Assembly: GCF_006345805.1 (NCBI RefSeq)
Contig: NC_043002.1
Location: forward strand, 95,046,001 to 95,110,000
Length of the DNA stretch: 64,000 bases
Source: Octopus sinensis
Lineage: Eukaryota
Reading direction: 5' to 3'
Shown: piece by piece, positions 36,148-49,149 of the stretch
Numbering within the stretch: the first letter of the stretch is position 1
Layout of the letters: the number at the start of each line of letters is the position of its first letter
Translations under genes and position numbers: made by a program
The notes under the pieces: generated by a model
The model's database searches: none
What the model saw: the letters and a program-made list of their open reading frames with translations, nothing else
Told to the model about the DNA's origin: nothing

Positions 36148-37317
36148 GAAGTTGGTCCAGAAACTTTGGACAGCATACATAATGATATATAAAAATTGTG
36201 ATGACTGGAATGCTTTATTAGGACTTGCCTCAGCAGCTAAAAATTAAGAGAGGAGATCTTTCATTCATACCAATGAGTAGTTTAAAAATCAAAAAGGAGC
36301 TTTAACAGTATTTAAGTTTACCAGCAAATTACCTTACATACTTACCAATAACTAGGATGATACTGTGGCTGACCAACAACCAAGATTGTTTAGCAACAAC
36401 AGATTAGTAATATAGCCTTGCCATACCATTTACTATCAGTGTGTCAGCTAAAACACTATAATTCTGCAGAATCTTTTCACTAAAATTTTATTAGCCTTAA
36501 TTATAGCATTGCAACTTTCACAGACTTGTGACCTATAATCAAGTTGAATAATCTCCAGCTGACATGATATGGTAGTGTTAGTAGAAATTGAACAGACACA
36601 ATAGAGAAAGGTGGTTATGAGAAAAACGTTAAACTTTAAAAGTTATTGGCTAATAATGGCAAATTGGTTTTTCTTTGATTCATTCCATATCATATGTAAC
36701 ATTACACTGCTCGCCCAGGTGATTATGGCGAACTGAAAGATACACAGTTTCTTTTGTGCAGATAAGAGTGCGGCTCTTAAATTAAATGACCATAAAGTAT
36801 TTGGTATACAAAGATAAAGTGAGTTTTGATTCAGATGAATAAAGAGTATTCTACAACAAAGCAGAATGTCATATAATCTTAGTGGGTGGTCAGTTATTTG
36901 TTCTGATGATATCCAAGAAGAGAAGAGGAAAAAAATTATATTCTCTTCAGAGAAGGAGAGAGAGAGAGAGGAGGAAGCAGTTTTAGAGACATAAAACTAT
37001 GATTGTTTCACTCACAAGTGTTCTTGTTGTATTAGATATTTTGAATCATTTCATTTCTAGTAACAGTAAGAGCATAACAGTATTGTATGAGAAACCTTTT
37101 CTCTCAGATGTTTGTGTCTTTGAGTGTTTCAAACTAACAAATATAACTTTAAGAGATTGAAGGAAACAGACAAATTGACAGGGAAAGTAGCAGGGAAAGA
37201 TCACTTAATTTTTTAGTTGCATGGCTGAAGACCAACTTTCATCAGTCAGTTTTAAAGACAAATTCCACTTCAATATGCACCCTCTTTATTTTCTTATTAT
37301 TTCAGTTAGTTGATGTC

Positions 37318-37565
37318 ACGTGGAGGCACGTGGCTTGGTGGTTAGGGTGTCAGCACCATGATCGTTTTGATTCCTGGACCGGGCGATGTGTTGTGTTCTT
37401 GAGTAAAACACTTCATTTCACGTTGCTCCAGTCCACTCAGCTGGTAAAAATGAGTAACGCTGCGATGGACTGGCATCCCATTCAGCTGCGGAACACATAC
37501 ACCATAGAAACCGGGAAACCAGTCCCATGAGCCTGGCTAGGCTTTAAAAAAGCGCATTTATTTAT
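37318..37565 (+). mobile_element. tRNA-derived SINE, group C (body 2, tail Y)
   Basis: Head TGGAGGCACGTGGCTTGGTGGTTAG. Body TGTGTTCTTGAGTAAAACACTTCATTTCACGTTGCTCCAG is shared with 43800, 54595 and 60721. Tail GAAACCGGGAAACCAG is shared with 47810. Confidence 0.82.
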
Positions 37566-38074
37566 TATTAAAGTTGATGTCATAGCTGTTGTCTCTTGCT
37601 TGTTGATTTTAGATTTTGAACATACTTAGAGGGAGCTTTTGTTGACTGAATGAATAACCTCAAATTTATCAATGGTTTTCAACTCACTGCATGCGTGCAT
37701 TTAGAATACAGAATGCTCATCTTGTGTGTATTTTCTCAGACATATTGTTGACATAATCATGATCTCTGCCTTCCCTGTAATTTTCTAGATAAACTAATCA
37801 CTTCTTAGTCTTGTCAACTGAGTTGAACATATTTCACTGAGAAGGTTTAATTGGATTGAAACAGGTATGTTACTGTCACCACTTCACATCCATTTGCATC
37901 TGTATCTATTTTATTTCCCCCCAAATTTCAGTTTGTTGATTTTATTGCAGTTAACTCTATTGTTGCTTTTAGATATTGAACACTCCCTAGTGGGAGATTT
38001 TTGTCTGCTATTAGCTTGGCTAATTTCAGTTGATTGAAATTTTTCAACTTTTTATATTATATATGTAGGACACG

Positions 38075-38375
38075 TAAAAAGCACTGTCCAAACGTGGCAG
38101 ATACTAGCGTTGCCTGACTGGCGTCCGTGTTGGTGACACATAAAAGCACCAACCGATCATGGCCATTTGCCAGCCTGCTCTGGCTCCTGTGCCTGTGGCA
38201 CGTAAAAAACACCCACTACACTCACGGAGTGGTTGGCGTTAGGAAGGGCATCCAGCTGTAGAAATACTGCCAAATCAGACTAGAGCCTTGTGCAGCCTCC
38301 ATGGCTTACCAGACCCCGGTTGAACTGTCCAACCCATGCTAGCATGGAAAACAGACGTTAAATGATGATGATGAC
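38075..38375 (+). mobile_element. RTE-type LINE 3' tail with (ATG)n
   Basis: GGTTGGCGTTAGGAAGGGCATCCAGCTGTAGAAA...CATGGAAAACAGACGTTAAATGATGATG. Confidence 0.85.
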
Positions 38376-38885
38376 CTTACTATAAAACATTGAAACATTG
38401 ATTGACATGAATAGGCAAGATAAAGGAGTGTCATCTTACTAACAAGCAACTCTGAGATTCTAACAAAGAAAAATGTTGATGCTTGCATTAAAATGACACT
38501 TAAAATGCTACTTGCAACTAGATCAGTGATGTTAAGTAATACCTAAACAACCCCTGAATAATAAATTATTCCTTTAGACAACTTTTCAGATATAGCTTGG
38601 CAGGATGAAATACAAAGAAGAAATTTTCTTTGTATTTCATGGAATATATCAATTAGTATATACTTCAAGCAATTAAAACTTTGAAGCTAATCTTCACGCA
38701 AAAAAAAAAAAAATGTCTAAACATGAAACTATGAAACTATGACTCCATCTTGAAACAATTTTCAAATTTTGATAATGGAATCTGTTTTGGATGTTATTAT
38801 TTTGCACCAAGTCAGAGCTAAATAAGCTGACCTATAATGAAAAGCATTTCAACTCCCTAACCATCCCCATCTTTTTTTTTTTTAG

Positions 38886-38964
38886 TGGCATGTATGATTT
38901 GAGGGAGATTTGGTTGCTATTTCTAGGAGGCTGTGCAATCTTGCAGAAGTTCCTTTGTTGGCTT
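38886..38964 (+). CDS. Candidate exon (GMYDLREIWLLFLGGCAILQKFLCWL)
   Basis: Strong poly-pyrimidine acceptor, donor gtatgt, open only in phase 2-0. Confidence 0.2.
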
Positions 38965-39189
38965 GTATGTGTTTAGTCCCAGAACAATCATTAGTAAATT
39001 GAGTAAACCTATGATCAATAATATTCTAACTATAACCACTCTACCTTATTTTCAGATATAATGCATCTGGACAGCATTATCTAATGTTACTTTTTTAAGA
39101 AAGAAGTGTTTTTTGAGGAAGAATTGGTTGCTTTTTGTATAATCCTGTAGGCTATGATTTGTTGAGTAGTTGGTTTTGTCAACAGGAAT

Positions 39190-39402
39190 GTTGCAGCTAA
39201 CCTGAGTTTCTATGCACCTGGATCATAGTTCGCCTGAGTCACAGCTTATCTAAATTGAAGCTCACTTAAATCACAGTTTATCTAGGCTCCAGCTAACCTA
39301 AAATAGAGCTCACCTGGATCAGAGTTCACTCAGATCAGAGGTCACTCAGGTAAGAGCTCACTCCAGTCAGAGTTTGCTCTGGTCTCAGCTCACTTAAGTC
39401 AT
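39190..39402. repeat. Degenerate 16-bp minisatellite (AGAGCTCACCTGGATC-like), about 13 units
   Basis: Units such as AGAGCTCACCTGGATC, AGAGTTCACTCAGATC, AGAGGTCACTCAGGTA and AGAGCTCACTCCAGTC in perfect 16-bp register. Confidence 0.8.
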
Positions 39403-40476
39403 GATCTTTTTATGACTTTGAATATCCAACATTACCTATGGGTCTGATTACTAAAAGCCTCTGGAAGTCTAAGTTTCTTTAAAAACATTGGTGTTGCTCA
39501 GACAAACATTATTTATAAACTGTTTGATAGTTATATGAGGGAATTAAGTAACACAGCTCTACAGTAATACACTAAATATATTAATGATGGGAGTTCTTTT
39601 TAAAAGAAAAATCTCAAAATACTATAATTTAACACAAAACTTCAAATTAAGAATTCTTTACAAATTAAATTATTCAGAATTGCTATTCTTAATTCTCTTA
39701 TTACTAAAATATGCTGTTCTAGACAATATTTTTTTAATGACTATGTTCAAGAAAGGATAAGAAAAACTTACCAACTTTAAAACCATAATAATCACACTAT
39801 GATTATCGAAACTGGTGAATGAGAAAACAATTTGATAAAATCATTTCATCATATAATCATTTGTTTTCTTATGCTAATATTGATGACTGTTTTGGTATAA
39901 ATAAATATTTTTTATAAATGTAGACTTTATGTTGGTGTCATTAATGACAGTGATTAAGTGACAATATAATAAAGAAAGTGGAAGGCACACAGCCTAATGG
40001 TTGAGTTAGGGTGATTGCAGAGTTATGGTATTCTTTCTCAGACCAGATGTCTTGTGGTATCCTTGAGTAAGGTACTTCATTTCCTGCTGTTTCAGTGTAT
40101 TCTTTTACTTTCAACCTAAATACTTTTGAAATTGATATAAATTCCAACTTCATAAGCCTCAGCTTTTATAATAAAGAAACAATTCTGTAAATAAACAATA
40201 AGTATATGCTAGAGAATAACATATGAACATACTCAGAATCACACGCACATTTTTAATCTTTGTAATGGTTGATAGCTATAACATGCATCTGAAGAACTCA
40301 TTGGCTATGTCTGAAAGTGGCTGACAAGTCTGCACTTGGTTTACTCAGATCTCTCAGCAACAACGCTGCCCCAACTTAGTATTGTTGTTGACAATTTTTA
40401 TTGAGAGCTCAGTGATGTCCTTGTAGTATTAGTATTATGTAATGTCAAAACATTTTTCCTTATCATCTTACTGTAG

Positions 40477-40577
40477 GAAATATATTTGGAAGTTGTTTAT
40501 TATCCAGTCAGACAGAAGTTTATGGACATGCATCCAGTTCAGTATTACTCAGGCAAGGGCCTCTCCACCAACTAACA
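40477..40577 (+). CDS. Candidate exon (NIFGSCLLSSQTEVYGHASSSVLLRQGPLHQLT)
   Basis: Acceptor catttttccttatcatcttactgtag, donor gtaaga, 101 nt open in phase 1-0. Confidence 0.2.
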
Positions 40578-40689
40578 GTAAGAACATGTCTTGGTAGTTG
40601 GCATAGGAAGATTTCATTCCTGTTTACAGGAGTAGATTACTGAGATATCTCTAAACTCCTGTGAGATATCCTTTTCATGCCAGTGAGCC

Positions 40690-40917
40690 TTAAGCCTTTT
40701 GATACCAACTGAGCTGAGATTGTTCCCTAGTTTTGTGATACATCTTACTGTTCTAAAAGATCTGAATTAAAACTTTTCATCAAAATTTTTAGTTAATTTA
40801 TGTTCCAAACACCAGCTTGATTTTGACAACTATTTTACTAAATTTTTTTATTATTTTCAAAATGAATTGAAATAAAGGGAGTGTATCTCAAAAGAAATAT
40901 ATTAACTAAAGGATTAA
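40690..40917 (-). mobile_element. TTAA-flanked MITE, family 2
   Basis: TTAA at 40690 and 40914, homologous to 60463-60695. Confidence 0.8.
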
Positions 40918-42392
40918 GACAGTCCTCTAATCCAAATTCAAGGGTTTGCCACTTAAAAAGCAGCTAAGGCTTTGTTGACTTCATTCTTGGTAACTAACAT
41001 ATCAGTCGCCATTTGTTGCAAGCAAGCTACTGCCACCTACTCATTGATAATGGATGAGTTATTCACAACACTATACAAATGTCTTGCTCAATATCCAGAG
41101 ATTATATGTTTGTCTGTCAGCAGCACTTAGTAAATGCTACCATCACTTGGTTTAGTGATTTACTGTGTCGGATGCTATACTTGATACAATTTTCAAAACT
41201 ACAAATGAAAGCTTGGAAACTAAAGGTGAATGACTCCCCCCCACACACACACACACATACACTTACCTATATCCATGTTTATCCTGTAGGCATGTGTGTT
41301 TCTCAATGTGGATGCATCTATGTAAAAAGATACTTTTGTGTGTGTGTGTGTATTTGTATATATGTGTGTATGTTAGTATATATTTGTAGACATCTGTTTG
41401 AGAGAAGTCTACTTATATTTATGATGTTTTAAAGTAGATCACTTCATTAGAGAAACTCATTAAAGTATCCTATTGATCTCTAGTAATACATTGTTATGGT
41501 AGTTCTTCTCATAATCACTCGAGAATAATTTGCCCCAGAATATCATATCATTCGTGATATCTTTCATTGAACTTCTTTTTAAGTATGAAAAGCCTATAAT
41601 TCAAGCACTTTACCAATTGAGCCACTGTCTTAGATGACAGCTAGTTCTGAAAGCAAGAATTTACAAGTCTGTTGATTTAATATTATTTTTATCAATATCT
41701 AATTAAATTAATTCACTTGTCCTGTTTATTTTATTAACCAAATTCAGTTTTATGACTGACTATCTCATTGTTATTCTTCCTTCATTCAGATAACTTGATA
41801 AGTCTATATTGACCAGCTTGTTTTTATGCTTTTCAATGTTATTTTCTCCGGAAATATTTAACAAGTCTGTATATATTTTTCACTAAGTAACTTTACTTGT
41901 CCTTTTTCTGCTATTATTTTATGTCATCCTTTTTTTTTTTTTTTTGGTTTTCTATTCTTTTCCTGTCTGTTTAATTTCATTATATTTTTGTTTCTGCATA
42001 TTGTCACAAATATTCTGCAATTCTATGTAGGTTCATTAACTCAATACACAAAATATAATAGCATTTATTTCACTGATACAAAATTTCAAAAAAGAAAATA
42101 AATCAAAATTTACTTTACAGAGAACCATGTTTAATCTATCTTGAAGTAAGCTGTCATTATGGCATATGAAACAGAAATACTGCAAATATTTCTCGCTACT
42201 ATATCTTGTATAATTTTCTGCCCCTCCTCCAAACAATTCTTATGCGGTAGAAACATTTTGGGGAACACATTAGTATTCTTTTTTTTTTTTTTTATTTCAA
42301 CATATCCAAATAAGTTTGTAGTTATAAGAAAACTTTTATTACACAAAAGTGCAGAAAATGTATTATGTAAATCATTCTCTTTAAATGACTAT

Positions 42393-42399
<7 letters not shown>

Positions 42400-42423
<24 letters not shown>

Positions 42424-42570
42424 GCATCATTTTAATGTCTTCTTTTCTATGCTTGCATGGTTCAGACAGAATTCATTAAGGCAGATTATCTATGGTCAGA
42501 TGCCATTACTCTCACCAACTCTCACCTGTTTCCAAGTGAGATTATATTTCCCCATGGCCAGGGGGAAATA
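42400..42570 (-). mobile_element. RTE-like 3' tail, second subfamily, with (ATG)n
   Basis: Shares CTCACCTGTTTCCAAG.AAG..ATATTTCCC with 46915-47160 and 50875-51130, and with inverted copies at 49850-50075 and 54370-54545. Confidence 0.75.
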
Positions 42571-44497
42571 CATGATCGACAGGGTGGTGAAGGTATGGGA
42601 GAGGGAGATATTCAATATGCACAAGTACTTTTCTCTCGTTTATGGGTACCGTGGTGAATAAAAAATGGGGGTACAGAATAGGCAAAGTGGTTAGAATAAT
42701 ACATGGTGAGAGGATGCTTAAGGTATAGAATGGGAATGAAGAGAATGTCTGCACAAATCAAGGCATGGAAGAGGTGCATGCACTAAGCTTCTGCAGGGGT
42801 TAGCTCTTCTGCAGCATTGTGTATCACCAGCTGGCATGGTTTTCTGTCATCTTCATCACTACACTCTCTTGGATATGCCAATGGGGCCCTTCCGCTTCAT
42901 CTTGTCTCTCCTTCACTCACCACTCTGCCCATCCATATATAGTGTGGAGTAGCAGTGCATCACCTCCTATCACCTCTTACTTCATCTTCACTCCCCTTCA
43001 CACTTCTTTCTGTGACCCTTTTCTCTCTAATCCTCTAGCACTTCTTTTCCATCCTGTTACCCACTTCCATCTTATCATTCTTTTGTGCACCACTTTATCC
43101 ACCCAAGTATAATAACATAGAGTAGCACTGCATCTCTTCTTTCTCAACCCTCTTCACCAACCTGTCCCTCTCTAATTCTCTCTCACTAACCTTCTCATAC
43201 TACTTTTCCCTTTCCCTCTCACCCCACCCCTCCACTGTTTCTGTTGATTTTTCCTGTACCAATTCTTCTCAACAATAAACCTGTGTAACTCCAACAAGAA
43301 CTATCTTGGTCTCTTATGAACCATCAAACCCACACTAGTAGGGTAGACAAAATGACTCACCCCCATCATCGATCCCTCTCCTCCACCCACCCCATTACCA
43401 TTTGCCACCTCATCTTTACACTAGACCCTGTTATTACCCTTGCCATCTCTTCTGTATCCATTACTCTCCATCTAATGCTATCATCCCTATTACTCTTTCA
43501 ATTACCATCCTCACACAATAAATCCATTTCTTCTACCACGGGTCCTCTGTCTCTAATTTTGCAAGCTGCAAGGTAACTCCAACAATGTTGGTACCACAAA
43601 GCAGACTGAGTAGACCCTGTGATTCATAAATGATTTGGATAACAATAACGCTGCTTGAGAGTACTCTTTGGTTTGCCTGATGGCAAGGCAACCTCTGTAG
43701 TACTGGTACCATGAGAAAATGCATTGGGAACTCTCTGTAATGTGGTTGGTGTTAGGAAGGACATCCATTTTCAGAAACCATGTTACAATGAGACATTGGA
43801 GCAAGTCGTAGTTTCAGTTCCCAGGTCAAGCAGTGCATTGTGTTCTTGAGCAAAACACTTAATTTCACATTGCCCCAGTCCTCCACTCAGTTGTAAATGG
43901 GTAACCCTGCAACAGGCTGGCATTTTGTTGAGGGTGGATGTTGAACTACCCTCTTAGGCAATGAGTTGGCATCATTCAAAAGCTGCAATGATGCAAGGAG
44001 GTGCAGTGTTATATTTTCTTTTATTTAAACTGAACTGTATTATCAATGTAATGTTCATTGTGTGGAATTAGTAAATCTGGTGCTGTTTGTTAGTATTCGT
44101 TGAATAACCATTCTTCTTATAAGTTGTAATATTTTACAGCAGCAAAATGAAATTAATATTCATTTCTCACCATTTTAATACAAGGAGCTTTTTGTCACTG
44201 AAAAAAGACAAATTGAACAATATTTTGACAGTAGTTATGAAAAAAATATCAAAATCTTCAACATAAGTGGTGGCATGGCTGTGTGGTTAAGAAGCTCATT
44301 TTGCAACCATGTGGATTCAGGTTCAGTCCCACTGCACAGTTCCTTGGGCAAGTGTCATATACTATAGTCCTAAGTCAACCAATGCATTGTGAGTGAATTT
44401 GTTGGACAGAAATTTTCTGCAAGCCCAGCATGTGCATGTGTGTGTATGTGTATATATATATGATACACACACATACATATATATACATATAGACACA

Positions 44498-44548
<51 letters not shown>

Positions 44549-44758
44549 ATTTAAGGGAGAAAGTTGAAACAATACTTATCTCCTCCATACTGAGTTGAAG
44601 TGCTGGAATGGCTGTGTGGTTAAGAAACTCATTTTGCAGAAACAAAACTTTGGGCAAGTGTCATCTAGCGTAACCCTAAGTCAGCCAATGCAATGTTTGG
44701 ACATTAACTCAGTATGGAGGGGATAAGTCTTTTCACTTTCTCCCTTAAAAAAATTATA

Positions 44759-44804
<46 letters not shown>

Positions 44805-44807
<3 letters not shown>

Positions 44808-45100
44808 GAGGCGCAATGGCCCAGTGGTTAGGGCAGCAAACTTGCGGTCGTAGGATCGCAGTTTTGATTCTCAGACCGGGCGTTGTGAGTGTTTATTGAG
44901 CGAAAACACCTAAAGCTCCACGAGGCTCCAGCAGGGGGTGGTGGCAATACCTGCTGTACTCTTTCGCCACAACTTTCTGTCACTCTTTCTTCTGTTGGCC
45001 TGCTCGCTTAGCCAGCATCATTTGAAGGCTAAAACAATGCAATGCGCATTGTGACCAGCGATGTGTAGCAACATCTGATAGCGTGGTCGGTCACGTGATA
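44805..45100 (+). mobile_element. SINE group C (body 1, tail X)
   Basis: Head TGGAGGCGCAATGGCCCAGTGGTTAG (A box). Body GAGCGAAAACACCTAAAGCTCCACG is shared with 47810. Inserted in (TA)n. Confidence 0.85.
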
Positions 45101-45110
45101 TATATATATA

Positions 45111-45150
<40 letters not shown>

Positions 45151-45157
45151 TTGATAT

Positions 45158-45205
<48 letters not shown>

Positions 45206-45253
45206 TTGATTTTATATATATATATATATAATATATATATATATATAATATTG

Positions 45254-45295
<42 letters not shown>

Positions 45296-45298
45296 TTG

Positions 45299-45342
<44 letters not shown>

Positions 45343-45387
45343 TTGATTTTATGTATATATATAATTATTGATTTTATATATATATAT

Positions 45388-45410
<23 letters not shown>
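45100..45410. repeat. Compound VNTR: (TA)n punctuated six times by ATTATTGAT(TTT)
   Basis: Directly visible. Confidence 0.92.
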
Positions 45411-45418
<8 letters not shown>

Positions 45419-45964
45419 ATACACATATAAGTACTGAGGTTCATTTTTTTCTGACTAAACCCTACATGACAGTGCTCCAGCATGGCCACGGTCCAATGAC
45501 TGAAACAAGTAAAAGGAACAAAAAGAACAGTAAAAGGCAAATAAATGAAACTGTTCTATTTTCACCACTTGTGACTGCTAAGCTAATCAGGTTTCCACAT
45601 TGGTAAGCAGTGTGGCTTAATGTACAAAAATAAATGATGATCATCACTCAAGGGATTAAAATTCAAATTGCCTGACAACTATATTGAGCCATTCTAATTA
45701 GAACAACTGAAACAGTTAATTAATGCTATAATTTAAGGGAAAAAAAGAATGTTAATGTTTGGATGAAAATAATTTGCACTAACAATGTATAAACTGCGCA
45801 TATCTATAAAGTAGATAGTCATCGTATATGCACAAGCTTAATATATGAAGCTATTTTATGTGCATACATATAAAATACAAAGATATTATATGTGCATATG
45901 TATAAATGCACACATAACGTACAAAATCATATTTGCATGTATATAATATGCAATAACCATTACA

Positions 45965-46330
45965 TACTCTCTCTCTTACTCTTTTACTTGTTTCAGTCAT
46001 TTGACTTTGGCCATGCTGGAGCACTGCCTTTAGTCGAGCAAATCGACCCCAGGACTTATTCTTTGTAAGCCTAGTACTTATTCTATCAGTCTCTTTTGCC
46101 GAACCGCTAAGTTACGGGGACGTAAACACACCGGCATCAGTTGTTAAGCGATGTTGGGTGGGGGACAAACACAGACCCACAAACATACGCACACACGCAT
46201 ATACATATATATATATACATATATACGACGGGCTTCTTTCAGTTTCCGTCTACCAAATCCACTCACAAGGCTTTGGTCGGCCCGAGGCTATAGTAGAAGA
46301 CACTTGCCAAAGGTGCCACGCAGCGGGACT
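45965..46330 (-). mobile_element. SINE family B, young copy
   Basis: Retains many CpGs and is close to the family consensus seen in the window. Confidence 0.92.
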
Positions 46331-46421
46331 TTTAGTCAAACAAATCAACCCCAGGACTTCGTTTTTTTTTTTTTAAGGCTAGTACTTATCCTATCAGTCT
46401 CTTTTGATGAACTACTAAGTT

Positions 46422-46730
46422 CTGTATTTAAGAGATGAGGAATTATACATTATTTACATTATTTATGTTTGACGAATATTTGTCCTCATTTTTGTTGTTG
46501 TTAACACATTTCAGCTGATATACCCTCCAGCCTTCATCAAATGTCTTGGCGAAATTTCGAACCTAGGTTCCCATTCCTAAGGTATTTTTCAGTGTTATTA
46601 TTATTATTATTATTAATGGAATCGAACTCGGAATCTTGGGATTAGTAGCCCGTGCTCTTAACCACTACGCCATATGCCTATGGGTAATTATGGAGTGAAT
46701 TTTTAGGGCTTATAAATCTAATATTTTTCT
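46422..46730 (-). mobile_element. Composite element: tRNA-like head, (TAA)n, degenerate hammerhead ribozyme motif and AT-rich tail
   Basis: Minus strand has GGCATATGGCGTAGTGGTTAAGAGC..GAGTTCGATTCC (A and B boxes, 46618-46678). It then has GACAT-TTGATGA-AGGCTG/GAGGGTATAT/CAGCT-GAAA-TGTGTT (46503-46546). It interrupts a family-B SINE. Confidence 0.7.
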
Positions 46731-47364
46731 TGACACCAATTGTCAAGCGGTGGTGGGTGACAAACACGGATAAAAGGTTATAGTACAAAATACTCACCAC
46801 ACTGTGGGACCAAACCCAGAACCATGTGGTTGAGAAGCAAGCTTCTTACCACACAACCACTTCAATATAAACATTTAATATGTTAACTTAGATCTACATG
46901 TAGCTTGAGGCTATTCAACATCATCATCAGTTTAACATCCACTTCCCCATGCTTGCATGGGTTAGATGGAATTTATTGAAGCAGATTTTCTCTAGGTGGA
47001 TGTCCTTCCTATCACCAACCCTCACCTGTTTCCAAGTAAGGTAACATTTCCCCATAGTTGGACATGTTGCCATGGAAGATTGAAAACAAAGGACATGACT
47101 TACATGATGGTGATGCACACAACTATCACATGATGTCAAGGCAAGGACACAGTTACACAAACACATACTCATGTATACATATAACACACAATCAACTTCT
47201 CTCAATTTCTGCCTACCAAGGCACTTACAAGTCTTTCTTCAGTGTCATGTAGTGGGACTGAACACAAAACCTTATATCAGTTATGAGAAATTGGTCTTCA
47301 GAAAGCATCGAATAATTCTTGGGTGAAATAGAAATATTTCTCATTTTTTTTTTTTCTTTCTTAG

Positions 47365-47394
47365 ACTTCAGCCTTTGAATAACCTTTTAACCAG
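47365..47394 (+). CDS. Candidate micro-exon (LQPLNNLLT)
   Basis: Near-ideal acceptor tttttttttttctttcttag and donor CAG|gtaaat. 30 nt, open only in phase 2-2. Confidence 0.3.
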
Positions 47395-47809
47395 GTAAAT
47401 CACAATTTTTTTTTAAGTAAAGCATCCATATTATCTGAAATGCTATTTTTAGATTCTTTATTATACTATTTCAGTATTCTTTATTTATAAGCTCTGTGCC
47501 TATGCTAATAATTTGGTCTGTTGGAAAACTTAGAATTAATGTTTTCAATGAGATTTATTCATAACAAAACTTTTGAAAAACTAATTGTTGGTTTTGCTTC
47601 AGAATTACATTGCAGAATATACAGGGTTACACAAAATCAGTCAAGATGGAAAATTGCTCTTTTCCTTTTTGTCTAATTAAACCCCATCTCCTTTGAGGTA
47701 GTTTTTGATAGACTAAATATATAGGTGTGAAGTGCTATGAAGTAGCAGGAATAGCTGTTTGATAAAAAAGGGTTTTCTTCCCAACTATATGGTTCCAGGT
47801 TCAGTCACA

Positions 47810-48116
47810 GTGTGGAGGCACATGGCCTAGTGGTTAGAGCAGTGGACTTGCGGTTGAGGGATCGCGGGTTCGAATCCCAGACCGGGCGATGTGTGTGTTT
47901 ATGAGCGAAACACCTAAACTCCACGCGGCTCCGGCAGAAGGTAATGGCGAGACTTCTGCTGACTCTTTCGCCACAACTTTCTCTCACTCTTTGCTCCTGC
48001 ATCTTGCAGCTCACCTGCGACGGACTGGCGTCCTGTCCAGGTGGGAAACCTATACGCCAAGAAACCGGGAAACCAGCCCTTATGAGCCAGGCATGGCTCG
48101 AAAAGGAACAAACAAA
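47810..48116 (+). mobile_element. SINE group C (body 1, tail Y) nested in a family-B SINE, with a 14-bp TSD
   Basis: A box TGGCCTAGTGG and B box GGTTCGAATCC. Direct repeat CAGGTTCAGTCACA at 47796-47809 and 48117-48130. Confidence 0.92.
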
Positions 48117-49149
48117 CAGGTTCAGTCACACCATCTTGTAATAGCTCATCCTCTGTTTGTGTTTGTGTGTATGTGTCTCTCTCTCTCCTCCCACTATTTA
48201 ACAACCATTACTTAGTAGTTCAGCAAAAGAGTCTGGTAGAATATTTAAAAATTAAGTATAGAGGTTGATTTGTCTAACTAAACCCTTCAGAGTGGCACCC
48301 TTGCATAGCTACAGTTCAATGACTGAAACCAGTAAAAGATAAGATTTCATTTATGTTTTTGATTGTTTTTATATTTTCAAAAGTGAATTCCAATTCATAT
48401 ATATTTTAAGAATATTTCCTGGTTTGATATGTCATTCAGTAATGACAACTGATTGATTAGAAGACTAGATTAACTTCTTAACAATAATACAGCGTAAATT
48501 TTCAATGTATTTCAGGCTAAAACCAAAACAGGAAACAAGATATATATTTACACATAAACAGTTTTGCTTGACACTGATTGATAGACAATGAGATGCAATT
48601 AATTTTAAATTATCACAACAGAGTTTTAATTGTAGACAGATGCTCTAAAACTGTTTCAACTTTAATTACTTCCATTGAAAGAAAACATGTGTTTGTATTG
48701 ATTGTAACAAATAGATATGTCAAACAAAATATGGACAGAGTTTTCTTTGCTAAGACTGTGTAGACATCTAGACATTTATGCAGGCAAATAAACAATGCAC
48801 ACATTTTCTTTGTGTTGACATCTATACATTTCTGTAGACAAACAAGCTATGCTCACATTTTTTTGTTATATGTTGATATCTGCACATTTATATAGACAAA
48901 CTATGCGAACATTTAGTTTGTGAATATATAAAGGTGCAGGCATGGTGTGTAATAAGACGTTTGCCTCCCAGCCACAAAGTTTCCTGTTCAGTCTCACTGT
49001 AACTTAAGAAAGTGCCTTCTATTATAGTCACAGGCTGACCAAAGCCTTGAGTGGATTCAGTTGGCAGAAACTGAAAGATGCCCATTGTATATACATACAT
49101 GTGTGTGTGTCATAAAAAGTCAGGAGGTATGAGAGGTGAGTACATTTAT

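Noticed and set aside
42780-43500. Coding region in purine/pyrimidine-skewed sequence (similar tracts at 11330-11830 and 63720-64000)
   Set aside because: There are multiple stops in all frames. It looks like old retroelement or low-complexity decay that I cannot classify from the sequence alone.
47810-47885. Functional tRNA gene (also 6375-6462, 44805-44875 and 46618-46678)
   Set aside because: A and B boxes are present, but there is no closing acceptor stem or oligo-T terminator, and each head continues into a repeat body, with TSDs in some cases.
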